Positions 58,924 through 64,000 of a DNA stretch of 64,000 nucleotides are shown one piece after another. Location of the stretch: contig CAYSEV010000002.1 in the NCBI GenBank assembly GCA_964430295.1, forward strand, positions 7,024 through 71,023. Reading direction: 5' to 3'. Made by a program: the position numbers and the translations under genes. This DNA comes from an uncultured Gammaproteobacteria bacterium. GTDB lineage: Bacteria; Patescibacteriota; Microgenomatia; UBA10105; UBA927. Within the stretch, counting starts at the first letter, position 1. Every line of letters starts with the position of its first letter. Under the pieces are notes generated by a model, which saw only the letters and a program-made list of their open reading frames with translations, was not told the origin of the DNA and ran no database searches.

Positions 58924-61149
58924 ATGAAACGTGCAGATACATTCAGGCAATATATTTTGAGATATTGGCAAATTGTACTTCTTATAAGTATAACCATATC
59001 AATTTTTCTGATCCCTAATTTATTTTGGGGTAACCTGTATCAGGTGGGCGGGGACGATGGGAGATTTTACTATATATTCCCCTGGGAGTATCTGAAAAAT
59101 TTTTCATTTAATATTATTTCAAATAATACACTTGGCGGAAATATGGGATACTTGCCTGTAAGTTATTCCGCCCCGACTATATTTGTTTTATATATATTAA
59201 AAACCTTGTTTCCTGCTTTTAATACACAACTTCTTGCGTATGGTCTAATACTATCAATAAGTTTTTTATTCATGTATCTGTTCTTGCATGAAGTTATTGC
59301 TTCCAAATCTGTTTATTTATATTGGGGAAGATTATTAACCTCTATATATTATATTTTTTCTGTTTACCTCACAAAAACATTTTATCAGCATCAGCTTATA
59401 TCTATGTACTCAATTATGGTGTTACCGGTCTGTCTGTATCTATTTACAGTCGGAGTTAAAAAAATGTCATATAAATATATCATTGCCTCATCATTATTTT
59501 ATTCAATATTTAGTTCCACATTGTACGGTCTACCTTGGCTATTGCCTTCAGTCATCACACTTATTCCTTTCCTTATATATCTGCAGAATCATAATCGATC
59601 GATGTTTATAAAAGCGTTATTTATCTTTGTGATTTTTACTGTTCTTTGTAACATGTATTGGATAATTCATTATGTAGTTCCGTTTATAACAAAATCAGGT
59701 GGAGATGTTTTTACAGATCACTTACTTTCCGATACGTATCGGGAACAAAATAATGATGCTATCGCCGCGATAACCCGTCTAAATGCCCCTGTAAATCAAC
59801 TTATAAACCACCTGCGTACGTCATGGATGGATAGGGAGAGTGTTACTCTACATGAAACAATTGGTGTTGTATATTTTTTGGTTGCTTTATATGCCGGATC
59901 TTTACTTCGACTTGTGAGAAGGTCATCACAAATACTGTTTTTAACAGTATTTACAGGATTTTGTCTAACACTATTTTTTGTAACTCCTAACTTCGGCGAG
60001 ATGAATTTGAAGATTTTTCAATTTTTAAACAATACTATTCCTTTCTTCGTCATGTTTAGAAATATGTATGATAAATTTGCGCTGGCAACAGCATTTCAAT
60101 ATGCATTTATGGTGTATATCACGTTATATATATTCGGCGAGGCAAGAATGAATAATATCTGCAAGTATTTTATTCTACTAACACTCTGTATTGTTACCGG
60201 TATAAAGATGTATCCTTATGTATTTGTTCAGTATTCAGATGATATATATTCAACAAGAATAAGTGGACGATTAAATACCGATTTTTTTTCTTTAATGAGT
60301 TACGTTGGACAAATGGATACAACCTCCAGATTTCTTTGGTATCCGATGACGTATCCCGGATACATATTTATACGGGATGCGGTTGGGACACATAATTTTT
60401 ATACCGGATTATCACCAATGCAAATTTTAGCAAAAAAAAGCGATATAGCAGGATACTATGGTATTCAAACACAGTCTAAGCCTGATTTAAACGCAGTAAT
60501 ATATGACTCGTTAAAACGTCATGAATATGAAATTATTGGGAAACGCCTTCAGGAGCAAAATATAGGTTTTATTATAGAAAATAAGGATATTCCTGATACA
60601 TTGGCTCTGAAATTTTTGGATGAAAACGGATTTATGTCCAGTCAGTCATCAGAGTATTTTCATGAAATAAAAGGGGATAAAATAAAGGACTTTGGAACAT
60701 CATATTCGTTATATGCTATTCAGAAAAAATACCTGTCACAGACAGTTTCCATGGCTGATTCTGTCCAACTTGATAGTGTAAATACACAACAGGTCAAGTT
60801 TAAGAAATTACAAAACGGATCATACGATATGTACATTGACCGATTAAAAGATTCGAAATATCTGATTTTTTTGGAGCCGTACAATCCTTTATGGAACATC
60901 CGTCTCGTAGATGGTAATAGGAAAAAAACGATATCCATACGACCAGCCAGAGCTTTTGACTATGGGAATGTATGGAAACTGGATTCGAAAGAGCTTCTTT
61001 CCCGCTATCCTGATATGTTGAAGAAGAATTCTGACGGAACTATTTCTATGCACGCTGAAATTATATTTTCACCTGCGAAATATTCATTGCCATTTCTTTC
61101 AATGAGCATACTTACAGGCCTGATCGGCTTACTTATTATATTTTTATAA
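58924..61149 (+). CDS. Large polytopic GT-C-like protein (AftD/DUF3367-like group)
   Basis: GGDD.RFY after TM1, PFF.MFRN.YDKF; C-terminal EPYNP.W...GNVW domain plus TM; paralog of 55416. Confidence 0.65.
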   Translation: MKRADTFRQYILRYWQIVLLISITISIFLIPNLFWGNLYQVGGDDGRFYYIFPWEYLKNFSFNIISNNTLGGNMGYLPVSYSAPTIFVLYILKTLFPAFNTQLLAYGLILSISFLFMYLFLHEVIASKSVYLYWGRLLTSIYYIFSVYLTKTFYQHQLISMYSIMVLPVCLYLFTVGVKKMSYKYIIASSLFYSIFSSTLYGLPWLLPSVITLIPFLIYLQNHNRSMFIKALFIFVIFTVLCNMYWIIHYVVPFITKSGGDVFTDHLLSDTYREQNNDAIAAITRLNAPVNQLINHLRTSWMDRESVTLHETIGVVYFLVALYAGSLLRLVRRSSQILFLTVFTGFCLTLFFVTPNFGEMNLKIFQFLNNTIPFFVMFRNMYDKFALATAFQYAFMVYITLYIFGEARMNNICKYFILLTLCIVTGIKMYPYVFVQYSDDIYSTRISGRLNTDFFSLMSYVGQMDTTSRFLWYPMTYPGYIFIRDAVGTHNFYTGLSPMQILAKKSDIAGYYGIQTQSKPDLNAVIYDSLKRHEYEIIGKRLQEQNIGFIIENKDIPDTLALKFLDENGFMSSQSSEYFHEIKGDKIKDFGTSYSLYAIQKKYLSQTVSMADSVQLDSVNTQQVKFKKLQNGSYDMYIDRLKDSKYLIFLEPYNPLWNIRLVDGNRKKTISIRPARAFDYGNVWKLDSKELLSRYPDMLKKNSDGTISMHAEIIFSPAKYSLPFLSMSILTGLIGLLIIFL

Positions 61150-61152
61150 CAT

Positions 61153-62124
61153 ATGAAGCGTATTGGAATGCATTTAGCGATTGTCATTATACTTTTACTA
61201 ATTGGTTCATGTATGTCTCTTATTTTCTACCGTGAAGTGCATTACACTGCTATACAGGTGTATGAACATAGAAATATTGAGAATGAAGGACCTCTTTTAA
61301 AAAATAGTACAATTCGTGGAGAAGTCACTTCTGTATATGACAATTTTGGTACAGTAAAAATTCGTGTTAACACATTTGGCAGATTCAATTATGACACGAT
61401 TCATTTCCGATTACGGGAAAAGGGGACACAGGAGTGGATTGTGAAGAATTCGTATGCAGTAGATACATTTAGAAATAAACTTCTATATGGTTTTGGCTTT
61501 CCTATATTCCGGAATTCGGCTGGTAAGACGTACGAATTTGAACTCACGTCCGATACTGGAACACCCGATAATTCGATAGGGTTTTATACAGGAAAGTATT
61601 CCTTGGCTACTCAGTATGTTTTTTCAAAAAATACATTAATGAATAACCCTGAAAAAATGCCCGTATTTTTGAAGACAAAGATAGTAAGCCTGATTTCGGA
61701 CCCGTTTGTCCTGTTATATTATGCGATTTTTCTGTTGCCTGCAGTACTATATTCGTGTTTATTCTTATGTAAAAACGCGATACACCTTTATGCTATAGAG
61801 TTTTTTTCATTTTTATATATGCTTATTGCGTACATGTTTATACCAATTGCCATATCTTGGGATACTATATTGTTTATTGTCTTTTCCGCAGTTTTTATAT
61901 TCGAAGCTCAGTCATATTTTGTAATAACAAATAAAAATCACGTTTCCCGTGGTTCTTTCATAGCCTCTCATATGTACCATTTACCAATGCTGCTTATAGG
62001 TATTATGCTTTGGAATGTTGCTATAAAGAATGATCTTGTAGCAAATCGGGCGGCAATAGGCGTTTTTTACCTTACTGTTTTATCGTTGATATTATCGTAT
62101 AAGGAAGTACTATATAACAAATAA
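61153..62124 (+). CDS. Membrane protein: N-terminal TM, extracytoplasmic beta domain, C-terminal multi-TM module
   Basis: 323 aa; F.FP..RNS.GK.Y.FEL in the soluble domain. The C-terminal TMs resemble the protein at 57668. Confidence 0.65.
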   Translation: MKRIGMHLAIVIILLLIGSCMSLIFYREVHYTAIQVYEHRNIENEGPLLKNSTIRGEVTSVYDNFGTVKIRVNTFGRFNYDTIHFRLREKGTQEWIVKNSYAVDTFRNKLLYGFGFPIFRNSAGKTYEFELTSDTGTPDNSIGFYTGKYSLATQYVFSKNTLMNNPEKMPVFLKTKIVSLISDPFVLLYYAIFLLPAVLYSCLFLCKNAIHLYAIEFFSFLYMLIAYMFIPIAISWDTILFIVFSAVFIFEAQSYFVITNKNHVSRGSFIASHMYHLPMLLIGIMLWNVAIKNDLVANRAAIGVFYLTVLSLILSYKEVLYNK

Positions 62125-62125
62125 T

Positions 62126-63886
62126 ATGCAGAAGTATTTCGCCTTTGGTGATGCACCGTTTTTTTTTCCGGAACAAATATCAGATATTTCCTGGATTCCC
62201 CGTATTTGGGATCAATCTTACGCGTTTGGAAGGAGTATGATAGCTCAGCTTTGGATTGATTATCCTATCAGATTGTTCATTAAGCTTGCCTACATATTCG
62301 GACTTAATTGGTGGAGCATCGATAAGCTTTTATGGGTTGGAGCAGTGGTATTATCTATATTTTCTGTTTGGAAAATTTCAAAATATATCTTTCAATCTAG
62401 ATTTATAAGTTTGATATCTATATGTATTTATACATTCAATACATATGTGCTCATGTTATTTGATGGAGGGCAACGCGGTGTTATGTTAGCATATTCGTTT
62501 GTTCCCTTTATCCTATATAGATTTATATCTTCTATAGACCATGTATTTGACACAGGTCGTTTACCGCATCGAAAAAATATTCAAAATGGATTGTTATTGT
62601 CTATACTTATCGCATTTGACCTACGATTAACATATGTAGTCGTATTAATATTGATTGCGTATTGTGTAGGAGTCATGTATTTCAATGAGTATAAAAAGAA
62701 GCATTTCATGTCAAATCTTTTGCTGTTTTTTAAAACTATTTTTCCATCGTTCATAATCCCGCCGTTCATACATGCATATTGGATACTACCGATGGTTTTT
62801 GTGAAGGATGGGGTTTCGTTAGGGGAAGAGTATACAGGAGTCGGTATGTTAAAGTTTCTTAGCGTTGCTGACTTTTCTCATGCGTTTTCTCTATTACATC
62901 CGAATTGGCCTGAAAATTTATTCGGAAAAGTCTATTTCCTGCAACCTGAATTTTTAATCATTCCGCTTGTTGCCTTTGGATCTCTACTTACTATTAACAG
63001 TATAAGAACCCAATCGAGGCGAATTCGTAAACATATTATCTTTTTTTCGCTAGTATCTCTAGTTGGTGTCTTTTTGGCGAAAGGTGTTAGAGAACCATTT
63101 GGAAGTCTATATGTTTGGGCTTTTAGTACTATACCAGGATTTGTAATGTTTCGTGATCCTACAAAATTCTATCTTTTAATAGCATTGGGATATTCATTGC
63201 TTATTCCATATGCATTATATAGTTTCGCTACATGGGTGCAGCGGCACATACATCGTCCAACGGGAAAATATGCCATTATTCTGCAATTTTTTCTGATATG
63301 GGTGGGGTTGCTGCGATCAATTTTTCTGGGGGGGGTGAGCGGTAATGTTTCACCTAAAATGCTTCCGACTGAGTATATACATTTAAAAAATACTCTCGTA
63401 GCTGATAAAGAAGCATCACGTGTATTATGGCTGCCGGTAGCGGAAAAATTCAGCTATGCTTCAGACATACACCCAATTATCACATCTGAGTCTTTATTTA
63501 ATACTGCATCTGTTTCCGGCATACTTGAAGCAATCAGTTCTCCAGATTTTGAGACAGTCTTGAAGAAATCAGGAATTAAATACGTTGTTATTCCAAGCGA
63601 CGAATGGCAGAGAATATTTCTAAAGGAATATACGTATGACGAGAATCTTAGAAACCAGATAATTCATGCGTTAGAGTCAAAAAAAATAGTTCGGGATACT
63701 TCATATGCACGCTTGGCTGTATTTAGGAATACTGAGTATACATTCGAGCCACATAAACCTGCATTCGTTGACTTACAGGAAGTATGGATGTATAGAGGGT
63801 TAGGTATTAGCGGTATAGCACTCGTTATAAGTTTGATACTCATTATGATACCAAAAAAAGATAATCATGATAGAATAAATGAATGA
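62126..63886 (+). CDS. Polytopic GT-C-like protein (AftD/DUF3367-like group)
   Basis: Motifs [36 protein letters not shown] and GIKYVVIP.D. Confidence 0.65.
   Translation: MQKYFAFGDAPFFFPEQISDISWIPRIWDQSYAFGRSMIAQLWIDYPIRLFIKLAYIFGLNWWSIDKLLWVGAVVLSIFSVWKISKYIFQSRFISLISICIYTFNTYVLMLFDGGQRGVMLAYSFVPFILYRFISSIDHVFDTGRLPHRKNIQNGLLLSILIAFDLRLTYVVVLILIAYCVGVMYFNEYKKKHFMSNLLLFFKTIFPSFIIPPFIHAYWILPMVFVKDGVSLGEEYTGVGMLKFLSVADFSHAFSLLHPNWPENLFGKVYFLQPEFLIIPLVAFGSLLTINSIRTQSRRIRKHIIFFSLVSLVGVFLAKGVREPFGSLYVWAFSTIPGFVMFRDPTKFYLLIALGYSLLIPYALYSFATWVQRHIHRPTGKYAIILQFFLIWVGLLRSIFLGGVSGNVSPKMLPTEYIHLKNTLVADKEASRVLWLPVAEKFSYASDIHPIITSESLFNTASVSGILEAISSPDFETVLKKSGIKYVVIPSDEWQRIFLKEYTYDENLRNQIIHALESKKIVRDTSYARLAVFRNTEYTFEPHKPAFVDLQEVWMYRGLGISGIALVISLILIMIPKKDNHDRINE
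63868..63876 (+). promoter_or_regulatory. Extended -10 element of a leaderless transcript, inside the upstream CDS
   Basis: TGaTAGAAT + 6 nt + ATG 63883. Confidence 0.45.
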
Positions 63887-64000
63887 GCAATCAACATAGA
63901 GGAGTTTGTGTGGTGACTGGGGGATCAGGTTTTATTGGTTCGCATTTATGTGCTGCACTCCTCAAAGATTCTTATAGTGTTATATGTCTGGATAATCTCG
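63883..64000 (+). CDS. 5' fragment of an NAD-dependent NDP-sugar epimerase/dehydratase (possibly UDP-glucuronate decarboxylase-like); runs off the window
   Basis: Manual translation [39 protein letters not shown], containing a GxxGxxG motif. Confidence 0.75.
   Translation, partial: MSNQHRGVCVVTGGSGFIGSHLCAALLKDSYSVICLDNL

Noticed and set aside
183-62769. Numerous 60-194 aa ORFs antisense to or overlapping the main genes (e.g. 4515-4934, 10092-10550, 42002-42586)
   Set aside because: They lie within well-supported CDSs and have no recognisable motifs; treated as shadow ORFs.
1-64000. Alternative genetic code (UGA read-through as in Gracilibacteria/SR1)
   Set aside because: TGA ends many full-length genes with ATGA coupling, and ORFs are intact under code 11.

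Overview
This is a gene-dense, AT-rich bacterial window. About 52 CDSs are packed with overlapping or abutting stop and start codons, and almost all serve cell-surface glycan synthesis. The style (DUF5667-like gene, large expansion of membrane glycosyltransferases, few Shine-Dalgarno motifs) suggests Patescibacteria/CPR, probably Microgenomates; that assignment is inference. By motif inspection it encodes about 19 polytopic GT-C-type glycosyltransferases in several paralog groups: 5 'THDG..H.AR' PTPS-related-domain proteins, 3 YfhO-like, 5 ArnT/PMT-like with a DE motif, 2 related DQ/DH variants, 1 MptA/GT87-like and 3 AftD-like. It also has 3 polyprenyl-phosphate-sugar synthase-like GT2s, 9 other GT2s, 3 GT4s and 2 Wzx flippases. 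From about 39.7 kb there is a nucleotide-sugar and modification module: a WbpB/E/D-like trio, a ColD-like dehydratase with an Fcl/ColC-like reductase, a divergent UDP-GlcNAc 2-epimerase, a WecD-like acetyltransferase and two methyltransferases. A 3-kb foreign-looking islet (12.8-15.8 kb) between two convergent GT-C genes carries a DUF262-DUF1524 (GmrSD/SspE-type) defence nuclease, a lipoprotein, and an orphan 77-bp diverged copy of the neighbouring gene's 3' end. A dRS3/REP-like palindromic element lies at 19761-19834. Several operon heads have -10 boxes 6-7 nt before the ATG, suggesting leaderless mRNAs. No rRNA, tRNA, CRISPR, integrase, transposase or reverse transcriptase was recognised. 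All family calls come from visual motif recognition; no database search was run.
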